A stretch of 64,000 nucleotides of DNA from an uncultured Enterobacteriaceae bacterium (GTDB taxonomy: Bacteria; Myxococcota_A; UBA9042). The notes under the pieces were generated by a model. The model worked only from the letters and a program-made list of their open reading frames with translations, had not been told where the DNA came from and searched no databases. A program made the position numbers and the translations under genes. Location: NCBI GenBank assembly GCA_964560875.1, contig CAZLMW010000014.1:22864-86863 (forward strand), read 5' to 3'. This document shows, piece after piece, positions 45,501 to 54,544 of the stretch (its first letter is position 1; each line of letters begins with the position of its first letter).

Positions 45501-46209
45501 CCGGCGCGACACGCCCAGGTGGGGCGCCTACTACCACCTCGTCGACGCCACCGGCGAGCACAAAGGCAGCCGCAACTTCGACCACGCGACCGACAGCATC
45601 AGCCCAGCCGGCTTCGCGCCGAGCAGCGACGGCAAGGAATACCTGCTCTTCGGCGGCCGGGGTACGGCGGCAAAGGGGTACGCACATTGGATCGCCGCTG
45701 TGAAGGCGAGCGGTGTTGTTTCACTCGACCAAAAAACGACGTTCAGCGCCATCCAGGGCACCGCGTCGAGCTACCAACGCTACGGCGGGGCCGTTGGCTA
45801 CAAGGGCGACTGGGTCTTGACCGGCCAATTCGTCCACAGCACCGGGTTGCGGTCGTTCGTGGAGAGGCTCGACAAGACGGGCAAACGCAAGTGGCTACAG
45901 GACGTCACTGGCGTGGCCAAGGCGGACTTCCGCGGCCTGGTCATCGGCGCACAGGGCGACCGTTTCATCGCGTCGGGCGTGTCTTCGTTCGGCGCGGGGA
46001 CCGCCATCCGTCTGCTCACGGTGGACGAGTTCGGCAAGAACAAGCACTCCACGCACATCGGCGTCGGCACGAGCTTCGAGGTCTTCCGCAGCAAGCTCAC
46101 CAAGGACGGCGACACGCTGATCGCCGCAGCCAAACATGCCCCCGCCAGCAGCGGCGCAGACGCCCTGGAGATCCGCGCAGACGCCCTCGGCAAGACCACC
46201 TGCAAGTAG
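42502..46209 (+). CDS. giant secreted lipoprotein (~1,235 aa): (TPDAQ)n linker, Asp/Thr-rich acidic region, CTDC Cys repeats, C-terminal PQQ/beta-propeller-like domain; alternative GTG start 42454
   Basis: MGGFLQRSTTLAAPWLAAAMLFSACGD has a lipobox. A 15-nt in-frame tandem repeat is present. 'CDDNKPCTVNDSCKTGECKG', 'CDDNNACTVDSCDPK' etc. follow, then 'LWLVEVDDQGKQKW'-type propeller blades. Confidence 0.85.
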   Translation: MGGFLQRSTTLAAPWLAAAMLFSACGDRVAKDKFRFATESERKAAKTGDIASANTASDTTSIDAQTPDAQAPDAQTPDAQTPDAQTQDAQTPDAHTPDAQAQDAQAADATTGDALADSAAAADAMDEKDAGVTADTSQPDIPAPLDTGATDTATPEDAGIADGGPVNNQDADGDPSDVAAIDTGSVQDAGAAADAAGGTDTGKTDTGPAPDTSGLCAGKADGFACGATQGCVARTCKKGQCENTPHKGACDDNKPCTVNDSCKTGECKGTPKDCDDKKVCTNDTCDPKMNGMCRYKPASGPCEDGNPCTLLDQCHQGKCKAVGKNKDCDDNNACTVDSCDPKIKGANPSCVNKADATQQGKTCGSGKTCKSGVCTGGCKSAAECDDGNACTADGCANNLCINNAKSGPCDDGQKCTSAGTCSNKTCKAGKAKWWLRDVTTSEASQGLVAMAHKPSGGLVFIGTTQTTKNDREFSALHTDDYGKTTKVVTYGGPGQHQAHGMEMGPAGDMYLCGNANVPGKTANWDPWIAHIKADGSVDWTAMPGTSANAWCRRARRFHGGVFAFGNREMGAGNAKSRDLTLRRFDTSGKQQWLQVYDVAGTQTYDYARDLAVAADADPVMCSISYFGNDTTGHYDATLVKVDGSNGKKLWTKRLSSQGNRHDYCFVVIPRASNRVMMAGAKAMTGKKLGLWLVEVDDQGKQKWDKLMDPMANIVAEGLHPAPHGGLYYLGAEQKTGGLLVGVFGELDLAGNWLTKRTYTGAKQVYARAGALMPDGGIAMFMYQVPSNSQWKIARASPWGHRSCSGSGKCAEPKTVGCSDGNGCTYDSCGNTSGCKNTTFLPATSPCEDGNPCTVGQACVAIPQKKTQCGGGGKRLFYTTVTGTKNETHGMAELADGSIAWVGTHNNTARLRHVLPGGKVNKQSDFKEGTGTGFSDVVVDSGGRLVACGAYTAGGGGKYARLTWFDSHFKPALKKDYRIGNKDSYCSAVHARPGGLLAFMGRRDTPRWGAYYHLVDATGEHKGSRNFDHATDSISPAGFAPSSDGKEYLLFGGRGTAAKGYAHWIAAVKASGVVSLDQKTTFSAIQGTASSYQRYGGAVGYKGDWVLTGQFVHSTGLRSFVERLDKTGKRKWLQDVTGVAKADFRGLVIGAQGDRFIASGVSSFGAGTAIRLLTVDEFGKNKHSTHIGVGTSFEVFRSKLTKDGDTLIAAAKHAPASSGADALEIRADALGKTTCK
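42688..42815 (+). repeat. in-frame 15-nt minisatellite (CCCGACGCCCAGACC)~8.5, encoding (TPDAQ)n
   Basis: gatgcccaaacccccgacgcccaagcccccgacgcccagacccccgacgcccagacccccgacgcccagacccaagacgcccagacccccgacgcccacaccc... with single-base variants per unit. Confidence 0.9.
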
Positions 46210-46262
46210 TATTTGGGGGTTATGTCTTGGCAGACGGGTCAGCCCCCGCTGCGTTATTACGG

Positions 46263-46979
46263 TTAGCGGTGGCGGATGTCGAGGCGGCTGGGGACCTTGC
46301 CGCCGTCGAACTCGATCGCTTCGCGGATGTCTTTGGGCACGGGGGCGCGCACGGCGAGGTGTTCGCCTGTCGCCGGGTGCTTGAGTTCGAGGGAGCGGGC
46401 GTGCAGCAGGGTTCGCGGGGCCATTCTCGCAACCCGGCGACCGCCGTAGAGATAGTCGCCGACGATCGGGGCGGCCATTTCGGCGAGGGCGGCTCGGATC
46501 TGGTGTTTTCGGCCTTGTTCGGGGATGACGCGCACGAAGCCGAGGCGCCGGCCGCGACCGAGCACTTCGATCTCGCACACCGCGGGTTTGCCGCCTTGTT
46601 CAACGACGAGCATCTTCTCGCCGCCCTGGATGCGTTGCGGCTGCAAGCGGAGCTCGGAACGGCACCAGCGCACGTGTGGACACGGCGTTGTGAGCGCCAC
46701 GTACATCTTGAGCACTTTGCGGTCCTGGAACGCCTGGGTGACGCGTGCGGCGTTTTTCTTGCCGCGCACCATGAGCAGGACACCTGACGTGTCTTTGTCG
46801 AGCCGGTGGACCAGCAGCAGCTGATCGGGGTCGCGGTTGGCGGATTTTTCGCGATCCTGGGCCCACGCGAGCACGGAACGGCGGCCTTTTTCGTCGTGGG
46901 TCAGCCAGCCGGCGGGTTTGTTGACGGCGAGCACGTGATCGTCTTCGAAGATGACTTTGGGTTTGTCGGCAGCGGCCAT
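46263..46979 (-). CDS. RluA-family pseudouridine synthase
   Basis: MAAADKPKVIFEDDHVLAVNKPAGWLTH...LLLVHRLDKDTSGVLLM gives the KPxG and catalytic HRLDxxTSG motifs. Confidence 0.85.
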   Translation of the reverse strand: MAAADKPKVIFEDDHVLAVNKPAGWLTHDEKGRRSVLAWAQDREKSANRDPDQLLLVHRLDKDTSGVLLMVRGKKNAARVTQAFQDRKVLKMYVALTTPCPHVRWCRSELRLQPQRIQGGEKMLVVEQGGKPAVCEIEVLGRGRRLGFVRVIPEQGRKHQIRAALAEMAAPIVGDYLYGGRRVARMAPRTLLHARSLELKHPATGEHLAVRAPVPKDIREAIEFDGGKVPSRLDIRHR

Positions 46980-47064
46980 CTTCTCAACCTGTACGCGAGG
47001 GCGACGCGAATACGCCCCCCAAAAGCCAACGAGGCGCCCTGGATGATACCGGGACGCCTCGCGG

Positions 47065-47138
47065 TCGGGGTGACTGGATTCGAACCAGCGACTTCTTGCT
47101 CCCGAAGCAAGCGCGCTACCAGACTGCGCTACACCCCG
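47065..47138 (-). tRNA. tRNA-Pro (anticodon CGG)
   Basis: Reverse complement: CGGGGTGTAGCGCAGTCTGGTAGCGCGCTTGCTTCGGGAGCAAGAAGTCGCTGGTTCGAATCCAGTCACCCCGA. It folds as a cloverleaf with a 7-bp acceptor stem, GTTCGAATC T-loop, and anticodon loop TTCGGGA (CGG). There is no encoded CCA. Confidence 0.85.
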
Positions 47139-47255
47139 TAATCCCCTCGCTATGACGCGTTGGGGCTGCGTTGTTTGGCCGATTTGTGGGTGCCTGTCAA
47201 GCTCGCTGTGCGGATCGCCGGGAGCACATGCGAATGCACATTGACTGGCACGAGG

Positions 47256-47984
47256 TCAGACTCCGCGAGCGCCGGTCGACGCGTCGCAGAGAGTCGAGGC
47301 GCTCTGTGAGCCAGGGTGGCTGGCGCGAATAGCCAAGCTGCCGATGTTGGCCATGAAGTCGAGCTTGGCGCTGCGGCGGGGCTCGGGGGTCGCGGGGTCG
47401 ATCGGCGTGTCGTCGAGGCATCGAAATCGCGCGTCGACGGCGAACCCAACGTCTTCCAACGCGCGCTTCCAGCCGCTCTCCGACAGGCGGATCAGTGGCA
47501 CGCCCAGGTCTGCAGACCACGATGCGGAGTGCGGGTTTTCTTTGTAGTGGTCGACACAGATCGTCAGTGTGCCGCCGGGTTTGAGCACACGCGCGGCGCT
47601 GACGAGCGCGGGGTTGAGCGCAGGTGCGTAGTACAGCGCTTCCATGCTGAAGATGTGGTCGAAGCTGGCGTCCCGAAACGGCAGGTCATCAAACGCGTGG
47701 CGCCGGTAGCTGACGCCGTCGACAGGCACGAGCCGGGCTCTTTGCAGCATGACAGCGGCGACATCGACCCCGATTGCGCTGCCGCCATCGCCGGCCTGGG
47801 CACGCATCCAGCGGGTGGCCCAGCCGTTGCCGCAGCCGAGATCGAGCATCCGCTGGCCGGGCGCGATTGGGATCTGTCGCAGGGCTTGGAGGCCGCGGCG
47901 CTTGTGGGATCGCTCCATCCCTTCGGCGCGGCCACGTCCGGCCCAGTCGTCGAACAGAGCTTCGGTCGCGTGGTGGTGGGGCAT
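47256..47984 (-). CDS. class I SAM-dependent methyltransferase
   Basis: '[16 protein letters not shown]' is motif I (GxGxG), followed by '[10 protein letters not shown]' (post-II). Its start is 3 nt after the upstream zinc-ribbon gene's stop. Confidence 0.8.
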   Translation of the reverse strand: MPHHHATEALFDDWAGRGRAEGMERSHKRRGLQALRQIPIAPGQRMLDLGCGNGWATRWMRAQAGDGGSAIGVDVAAVMLQRARLVPVDGVSYRRHAFDDLPFRDASFDHIFSMEALYYAPALNPALVSAARVLKPGGTLTICVDHYKENPHSASWSADLGVPLIRLSESGWKRALEDVGFAVDARFRCLDDTPIDPATPEPRRSAKLDFMANIGSLAIRASHPGSQSASTLCDASTGARGV

Positions 47985-47987
47985 CGG

Positions 47988-48386
47988 CTATTTCTTGCCG
48001 AAGAGCGCGTCGAGCTTGGCGCGGGCTTCATCTTCGGGCGACGAAGCGCCCCAGCTCGCCTGGGGTTTGGCCGGTCCGCCGCCGAACAGCGCATCGAGCT
48101 TGGACTTGGCCTCGTTGAGCTCGCCGCCGACCTCTTCGCCCATCACCCGGAACTGGAAGTGTCCGCAGAAGTTGCCGGCTTCCCGGTCGCGGATGAACTC
48201 GCCCTGGTTTTCGAGGCATTGGTTGTGGGCGCTGGGGCTCCAAAACCGGCAGTTGCGGCACGAATGCAGGTAGGCGCTGCAGTTGGGGCACGTATCGAGG
48301 CGGCCAATCTTCACGTCAAAGACCAGCTCCTCTTCGCACTTGTAGCACTGGTGCCGCTTCTCTTCGGCCTTACCAAACAGGGACAT
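47988..48386 (-). CDS. small zinc-ribbon protein (132 aa) with duplicated C-terminal 'KLDALFG' motif
   Basis: ATG 48386 with GGGGAGG SD 5 nt upstream. CYKC...CPNC...CRNC...C cysteine ladder. The repeat array lies immediately upstream. Confidence 0.6.
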   Translation of the reverse strand: MSLFGKAEEKRHQCYKCEEELVFDVKIGRLDTCPNCSAYLHSCRNCRFWSPSAHNQCLENQGEFIRDREAGNFCGHFQFRVMGEEVGGELNEAKSKLDALFGGGPAKPQASWGASSPEDEARAKLDALFGKK

Positions 48387-48402
48387 CACGACCTCCCCGA
48401 GT

Positions 48403-48588
48403 TTGCGCAACCCAAACCCAAACCCGAACCCGAACCCGAACCCGAACCCAAACCCAAACCAGAACCCGAACCCGAACCCGAACCCAAACCCAAACCCAAA
48501 CCAGAACCCAAACCCGAACCCGAACCAGAACCCGAACCCAAACCCGAACCCGAACCCGAACCCAAACCCGAACCCAAATCCGAACTAA
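48403..48588. repeat. 186-bp hexanucleotide microsatellite, ~31 units of CCGAAC/CCCAAA/CCAGAA; G-rich (GGGTTC/GGGTTT)n on the minus strand
   Basis: Directly visible tandem hexamers. The array fills the entire intergenic space between the S8 protease stop (48585) and the SD of the zinc-ribbon gene. Confidence 0.95.
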
Positions 48589-51500
48589 GCGACCGACCGC
48601 CGCCGAATCGCCACGACCGCGAGCAATGCCAGTCCGAGCAACCAACCCATCGGGCCGGGGCCATTGCTGACCGGATGCGCGGCACACGAGTCGTCCTCGG
48701 GCTCCTTGTCGTCGTCCTTCTTGGCGCAGACAGCCCTGTCGCCGGTGTAGGGGTCGGTATCGGCGTGGTAGTTGTTGGTGTTGTGCAGGTCGTGGCCGTA
48801 CCAGGTCCACTCGTTGACCGAGCCTTCCTTGGGGCCCTTGGTCTTCCACGCGAACATGTAGCCGTTGCGCGTGCCGACCGCGACGTCCCAGTTGCCATCG
48901 CCGTCGATATCGCCGAGGCCGGGAGACGCGAGGATCCAGCCGTTGGTGTACTTGGGGAAGCCTTCGGGCTCCTTGCCGAGGTAGTTCCAGGCGTGCAGCA
49001 GGTAGCCGGCTGACCCTGCGATGACCTCGGCGTCGTCGTCGCCGTTGATGTCCACGATCGCGGGGTTGGAGAAGAACTGCCAGTCTTCGATGACGCGCGG
49101 CCAGCCCTCGACCATCTTGCCGGTGAGCGTATCCCAGGCCGACAGGTGGTGGTCGAAATCGGCGCGCTCGCCGCCCGACGCGAAGGTCAGCGCGAAGTTG
49201 AAGCCGGCCGTCGCCTTGACGAAATCCACGCCGCCGGTGCGGTCGATCTTTCCGAGCGAGCCGGTCGCGATGAGGATGTAGGCCGGGCTGTCTTCGGTGT
49301 TGCTGCCCTTGCCGAAGTTGATGTTGTCGAGCTTGTCGGCGAGCTTGTTTTTGCCGGGGATCTTCCACTTGTGCGGCTCTCCGTCGTGCTTGAAGAAGAG
49401 GCCAGCGGAGCCGATCGAGTCGAAGTTGATCTCCAATTTGCCGTCGAGATCGATGTCGACCATCACCGGGTTGCCGGGCACGCCGCGGCCGACGAGGGGC
49501 AGCACGTCCGCCATCAGGCCGTAGACCTTGATCGGCCAGCCTTTGTGGAACGGCCCGCCCGCGTGCTCGTTGCCGTCACCGTGGATGAGGTAGCCGCGCG
49601 CTTCGTTTTTCACACCCGCGGCGCCGAGCACCTCGTTGGTGCCGACCGCGATGTCGAGCTTGCCGTCGCCGTCGACGTCACCCACCGCGGGAGTCGCGAC
49701 GATGCGGGCCCGCAGTTTGCCTTTGAGCGCCGGGTCGCTGACGAGCACGGGGAAGCCTTTCTGTTGCGAGCCGTCGTGGCGGAACACGTACAGGTGCTGG
49801 TCCATGGCCGAGACGACGATCTCGAGTTTGCCGTCACCGTCGAGGTCAGCGAGCACCGGGCTGCTGCAGATGCCGTCGTCGAGCACATGATCGGGGCTGG
49901 TCTTGCTGGACAGCACGTTCTTCACGCTGTCGTCGATGACGTTCTTGGGGTCGGTGCGCACAGGGAAGCCAGTGACCGCTTTGCCGTCCGCGTGCCAGGC
50001 GAGCAGCGAGCCGTCGTAGGTCGCGACCACGACTTCCACTTTGCCGTCGCCGTCGAGGTCACCGACCGCGGGCGAGTTGATGATGATGGTCTCGCGGTAT
50101 TTGCCGGGCAGCGTGCCCTGTTTGGCGACGCAGTCCTTCTTATCCTTGCGGTAGGCGCAGGCCTTGAGGACGTTGAAGTGGTAGTCGTCCCGGAACTCGA
50201 GGCGCACAGGCGCGTATTGCGGCCACCCCTCGGCCTCGGTGCCGTCGCCTTTCCAAACGTGGATCGCGCCGTCGGTGGTCGGCTGCACGATCTCGTCTTT
50301 GCCGTCGCAGTCGATGTCGAACAGCTTGGGCGACGCCTCGATGCTGGTGCCGATACGCTTGGGGTAGCCGGGCAGCAGGTCGGGCTCCTGGTACAGGCCG
50401 ATGGTCTTGCGGAACTCGCCCTCGACGGTCTTGCCGGCCTTGTTCTTGGCGGTCGCCGTGAGCCTGAGGGTGACCGTGTACTGGTCGTGGTGCAGCAGCG
50501 GCGCGGTGTAGTTGAACAGCTCCTTGGCGATGGCGGCGGCGTCCATCTCGAAGATCGTGCCTTCCATGCCGGCGGTGCTGCCTTTTTTCAGCTCTTTCCA
50601 GCCCGACTTGGGGTCGACGCCCTTGGCATATTCGAGCTTCCATTCGTACTTGTTGTAGCGCGGGCTCTTGCCGTCGGGGCGCTTGCCGATGCGGCCCTTG
50701 ATGGCGATCTTGGGCGACTGCGTGATCTCGATGGGCTGGAACCAACCCGGCTCGACGATGTCGATCTCCGGCGGAATTTCGTCGTCAAGGATCATCGACA
50801 CCGACTTGAAGACGTTGTTGCGTCCGTACCCAAAGTGCAGGTCCCAGCCGGCGACCGACGGGAATTTTGTCTTGTCGGTCTTGGACTCGGGCACGTTGAT
50901 GTCGTCGGCGGACTTGAGCAGCACGCCGCGCATCTCTTCGGCGCTTATCGGTGGGTTGAGCTTGGCTTGTAATGCGGCGCTATACATCAAGCCCGCGTGG
51001 CCCGATGACATGCCGACAGCTTCGGATGAGCAGCCCGTTCCCGGTGTGCTGAGCACGAGCTGGCCGCCGTAGTTGGTGCAGTTGTTGAAGTTGAGGAAGG
51101 TGGTCGACGTCTTGGGCGAGTTGCCGTTGTAGACGATCGCGTGCACGTAGATCGTGTGGTTGTTGGTGCCCGGGAAGTTGTGGTGAAAGCTCAGCTCGTC
51201 GGCGGCTGACGCGATGACGGCGACGTTGTTGCTGTACGCGTATTCGATCGCGTTCATCGCGTAGGGCGTGTTGTTGATGCTGCCGAGGGCCTCCTGGATG
51301 ACGTGGGCGCCGCTGTCGACCGCGAAGACGACCGACGCCGCGAAGTCGTTGACATCGCACACGAAGCTGTCAGCCACGCGCACGTTGATGATCGTGCACT
51401 CGGGGCAAACGCCGATGCTCCCGCGGCCGTTGTTGCCCTCGGAGGCGGAGTCGCGCGCTTCGCCGGTGCCGTGGCCAAAGCGGGTCTCGTCGTACGGGTT

Positions 51501-52301
51501 GTTGTCGTCGCGGAAGAAGTCCCAGCCGCTGATGTCGTCCACGTAGCCGTTGCCGTCGTCGTCCTTGCCGTCCGAGAAGGTGCGGATGAGGTCGCCCGGA
51601 TCGATCAGCCCGTTCTTGTTGACGTCCTTGACGCGCGAATCGCAGGGCGTCTTGGGGCGCGCGTTACCGTTTTCCTTGGTCCAGTCGAGCATGTTGAAGA
51701 TGCCGTCGCCGTTGGTGTCGTACGGGTCGGACGCCTTGAAGTCCTTGGTGCGGCAGGCTTTTTCGGGTTCGGGCAGCTCCTTCTTGTTGAGGTAGTGCTT
51801 GTTGACGAGGTCGTCGTGGTCCCACTTGATGCCCGAGTCGAGCACCGCGATGCGGACGCGGCGGTCGCCTACGGTCTTGGTCCATGCTGTGTCGGCGTGC
51901 ATGCCGGCGCCGGCTTTGAATTCCGGCTGGCGAAAGCCGTCGGTCATCGCGTAGCTGATCGGCGTCCACGACCAGAGGTTCCAGTCGCCGCCGTCGACGA
52001 TGTAGCGGGTCTTGCCGTCCTTTTCGGTCAGCTTGTCGTACTTGGCCTTGCAATCCGCGAGCTTCTTGGCGTCTTTGGTGGCCAGGAAGTTTTCGCACGT
52101 GAACGGCAGGCATTTGCCGTCTTTGCCCTTCTTGCAGCGCGCATAGCCGCCGTCGTTGGGCCAGTTGGCGGGATCGCTGAAGTCAGCGCCGGGTTTGGGC
52201 GGCCATGCGGCATCAGCTGGCGGGCTCGAAAACGCGGTGATGGCGAACAGGACCAGCGAAGCGGCCCACACGACGCGCGGAACGGGAGCGAAAAAGCGCA
52301 T
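48585..52301 (-). CDS. secreted S8 subtilisin-family peptidase fused to FG-GAP beta-propeller repeats, with MYXO-CTERM-like C-terminal sorting signal (1,238 aa)
   Basis: ATG 52301 with GGAGG SD. Signal peptide [31 protein letters not shown]. 'RIAVLDSGI' (Asp), 'FGHGTGEA' (His), 'GMSSGHAGL' (Ser). About 8 units of 'DLDGDGKxE'/'[15 protein letters not shown]' FG-GAP repeats. The tail '[33 protein letters not shown]' has a Cys, then a TM helix, then Arg cluster. Confidence 0.85.
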   Translation of the reverse strand: MRFFAPVPRVVWAASLVLFAITAFSSPPADAAWPPKPGADFSDPANWPNDGGYARCKKGKDGKCLPFTCENFLATKDAKKLADCKAKYDKLTEKDGKTRYIVDGGDWNLWSWTPISYAMTDGFRQPEFKAGAGMHADTAWTKTVGDRRVRIAVLDSGIKWDHDDLVNKHYLNKKELPEPEKACRTKDFKASDPYDTNGDGIFNMLDWTKENGNARPKTPCDSRVKDVNKNGLIDPGDLIRTFSDGKDDDGNGYVDDISGWDFFRDDNNPYDETRFGHGTGEARDSASEGNNGRGSIGVCPECTIINVRVADSFVCDVNDFAASVVFAVDSGAHVIQEALGSINNTPYAMNAIEYAYSNNVAVIASAADELSFHHNFPGTNNHTIYVHAIVYNGNSPKTSTTFLNFNNCTNYGGQLVLSTPGTGCSSEAVGMSSGHAGLMYSAALQAKLNPPISAEEMRGVLLKSADDINVPESKTDKTKFPSVAGWDLHFGYGRNNVFKSVSMILDDEIPPEIDIVEPGWFQPIEITQSPKIAIKGRIGKRPDGKSPRYNKYEWKLEYAKGVDPKSGWKELKKGSTAGMEGTIFEMDAAAIAKELFNYTAPLLHHDQYTVTLRLTATAKNKAGKTVEGEFRKTIGLYQEPDLLPGYPKRIGTSIEASPKLFDIDCDGKDEIVQPTTDGAIHVWKGDGTEAEGWPQYAPVRLEFRDDYHFNVLKACAYRKDKKDCVAKQGTLPGKYRETIIINSPAVGDLDGDGKVEVVVATYDGSLLAWHADGKAVTGFPVRTDPKNVIDDSVKNVLSSKTSPDHVLDDGICSSPVLADLDGDGKLEIVVSAMDQHLYVFRHDGSQQKGFPVLVSDPALKGKLRARIVATPAVGDVDGDGKLDIAVGTNEVLGAAGVKNEARGYLIHGDGNEHAGGPFHKGWPIKVYGLMADVLPLVGRGVPGNPVMVDIDLDGKLEINFDSIGSAGLFFKHDGEPHKWKIPGKNKLADKLDNINFGKGSNTEDSPAYILIATGSLGKIDRTGGVDFVKATAGFNFALTFASGGERADFDHHLSAWDTLTGKMVEGWPRVIEDWQFFSNPAIVDINGDDDAEVIAGSAGYLLHAWNYLGKEPEGFPKYTNGWILASPGLGDIDGDGNWDVAVGTRNGYMFAWKTKGPKEGSVNEWTWYGHDLHNTNNYHADTDPYTGDRAVCAKKDDDKEPEDDSCAAHPVSNGPGPMGWLLGLALLAVVAIRRRSVA

Positions 52302-52591
52302 AGCAACCTCCGACAATGGCCGCGGAAGGTAGCGGAGCGACGTATTGGGGGCAACGGGGAAACGAAAGGAGCCGCCCTTGTCCTCAATGGAGTCGACGAA
52401 GATGGCGACGAACCCACGCACGGCTATTCGGTGCTCAAACTGCAGCGGTCGCGAAGCCACAACGTGAGATTCGCCTTGTCCTGCTCCCCGCTCTGAACAA
52501 GCTGTTCACCGGGCAGACGACCATTGCGGAGGCCGACGCGATCACCTACTTTGCCGTCAGACAGGGGTCTACCCGCACAAGGAGGCCACCC

Positions 52592-53596
52592 ATGACCCGC
52601 GAAGAGCACCCCGGTGGGGGAGCATCGGGCGACGTGACACGTACGAGCCAGGCGCTCTCGACACCCGTCGCCATCTATTCGTCACCCGTAAAGGCCAAGG
52701 CCAAGAAGCGCGGCAACCGTCCCGAGAGCGGCGGTGTCGAGCTCAAGGCGCGCCAACCCGTGCGCGTGCACCACCTTCGTCGCATGAAAAAGCGCGGTCG
52801 CAAGATCGTCGCGGTCACGTGCTACGACGCTACGTTCGCGCGCCTCGTTGATGACGCCAATGTCGACGTCGTGTTGGTCGGTGACTCGCTCGGCAACGTC
52901 GTGCAGGGCCAGGAGTCGACGCTGCCGGTGACGGTCGAAGACATCATCTATCACTGCCGTGCCGTCGCGCGCGGGCTCACGACGCCACATCTCGTCGCCG
53001 ATATGCCGTTTATGAGCTACCGCACGGTCGACGTCGCGCTGCAAAACGCCGGCCGCTTGATGGCCGAAGGGCACGCCCACGCGGTCAAGATCGAGGGCAG
53101 CTTCGTCAAGGTCGCCGAGGCGCTGGTCGCCCACGGTATCCCGGTGATGGGCCATATCGGCTTGACGCCACAATCGGTCCACGCGCTTGGCGGTCATCGT
53201 GTCCAGGGCAAGTCCCGGGCGGCGCGCGAACGGATCCTCGGCGAAGCGCTCGCCCTGCAGGAAGCCGGCTGCTACAGCATCGTGCTCGAAGGGATCCCGG
53301 CGCGGCTCGCGGCCGAGGTGAGCGACGAGCTGACGATCCCGACGATCGGCATCGGCGCGGGCGCCGGTTGCGACGGCCAGATCCTGGTGCTCTACGACAT
53401 GCTCGGCCTCAACCCCGAGTTTCAGCCCAAGTTCCTCAAGCGATTCGCCGAGCTCGGCCGCGCGACGATCGGCGCGCTGCAAGATTACGGCGACGAGGTC
53501 CGCACCGGCAGCTTCCCGGCGCGCGAACACGAGTACGCCGGCGGCAAACGGGGCGATGAACCGGCCCTGGTCGCCGTGGACGGTCAAGCCGTGTAG
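52592..53596 (+). CDS. panB: 3-methyl-2-oxobutanoate hydroxymethyltransferase (ketopantoate hydroxymethyltransferase); N-terminal extension, alternative start further downstream
   Basis: AAGGAGG SD 6 nt upstream of ATG 52592. '...RKIVAVTCYDATFARLVDDANVDVVLVGDSLGNVVQG...AVKIEG...GHIGLTPQS' are PanB motifs. Confidence 0.85.
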   Translation: MTREEHPGGGASGDVTRTSQALSTPVAIYSSPVKAKAKKRGNRPESGGVELKARQPVRVHHLRRMKKRGRKIVAVTCYDATFARLVDDANVDVVLVGDSLGNVVQGQESTLPVTVEDIIYHCRAVARGLTTPHLVADMPFMSYRTVDVALQNAGRLMAEGHAHAVKIEGSFVKVAEALVAHGIPVMGHIGLTPQSVHALGGHRVQGKSRAARERILGEALALQEAGCYSIVLEGIPARLAAEVSDELTIPTIGIGAGAGCDGQILVLYDMLGLNPEFQPKFLKRFAELGRATIGALQDYGDEVRTGSFPAREHEYAGGKRGDEPALVAVDGQAV

Positions 53597-53605
53597 TGTG
53601 CGGCC

Positions 53606-54463
53606 ATGCAGACCGTTCACGCGATCACACGCGCGCGCACTTGGATCAAGCAGCGTCGCGGCCGCGGCGGAAGGGTCGCGCTGGTGCCGACGATGGGCGC
53701 CCTGCATGAAGGCCACCTGAGCCTGGTCGACACGGCCAAGCGCCACGCTGAACACGTGGTTGTCTCGATCTTCATCAACCCCAAGCAGTTCGCGGCGGGC
53801 GAGGACCTCGACAGCTACCCGAGGACGCTCGACGACGACGTGCGGATGCTCGAAGCGCGCGGTGTCGGCCTGGTGTTCGCCCCGAGCGGGCGCGAGATGT
53901 ACCCCGACGGTTTCCAGACCGCGATCGAGGTCACGCAGCTGGGCACGGGCAAGCTCTGCGCCATCAGCCGCCCGCACTTCTTCGGCGGCGTCGCGACAGT
54001 GGTGATGAAGCTGCTGAACATCGCGATGGCGGACGTCGCGATCTTCGGTGAGAAGGACTACCAACAGCTGCAGGTGATCCGCCGCATGTGCGCGGACATG
54101 AACCACCTGACCGAGATCATCGGCAGCCCGCTGGTGCGCGAAGAGAGCGGCCTCGCGATGAGCTCCCGCAACCGCTACCTGGCGCCCCAACAGGCCGAGG
54201 CGGCCACGGCGATCTCCAAGGCGCTGTTTGCGATGCAGCGCGCGGTGGCGAAGGGACACGTCAACACGGATGGATTGGTCCGCGAGGCGACCGCCATGAT
54301 CACGGCCGCCGGAGGCCGGGTCGACTACGTTCAGACCGTCGATGCCGCCACTTTGGAGCCGATTGCATCGGTGCAAAGTGCCGCGCGCTGCCTGGCGGCG
54401 GTGTGGTTTGGCGAAGCGCGCCTGATCGACAACATCGCGCTCGATCCGCCGACTGCGCGCTGA
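53606..54463 (+). CDS. panC: pantoate--beta-alanine ligase
   Basis: 'VALVPTMGALHEGHLSLV' (HxGH) and 'IFGEKDYQQLQVIRRM' are PanC signatures. It starts 10 nt after panB. Confidence 0.9.
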   Translation: MQTVHAITRARTWIKQRRGRGGRVALVPTMGALHEGHLSLVDTAKRHAEHVVVSIFINPKQFAAGEDLDSYPRTLDDDVRMLEARGVGLVFAPSGREMYPDGFQTAIEVTQLGTGKLCAISRPHFFGGVATVVMKLLNIAMADVAIFGEKDYQQLQVIRRMCADMNHLTEIIGSPLVREESGLAMSSRNRYLAPQQAEAATAISKALFAMQRAVAKGHVNTDGLVREATAMITAAGGRVDYVQTVDAATLEPIASVQSAARCLAAVWFGEARLIDNIALDPPTAR

Positions 54464-54544
54464 TCGAGCGGACCGGCGCGGGCGACCTGTGCCCCGATGG
54501 GGTCCATGTGAGCGGTTTTGTGGAGCAGTTGGGCGAAAGCTCTG

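Noticed and set aside
47139-47255. Promoter for tRNA-Pro (perfect TTGACA on the minus strand at 47195-47200)
   Set aside because: There is no acceptable -10 hexamer 16-19 nt downstream, so a promoter cannot be confidently called.
48403-48588. 61-aa '(NP)n' ORF and the GSGSGL / VRVRV ORF tails
   Set aside because: These are pure translation of the intergenic hexamer microsatellite in three frames. They are not genes.
47316-49013. 565-aa plus ORF containing (PKPEPE)n
   Set aside because: It spans the methyltransferase, zinc-ribbon gene and microsatellite on the wrong strand. The low-complexity part is the hexamer array.
52682-54376. 564-aa minus ORF
   Set aside because: It is antisense to panB and panC.
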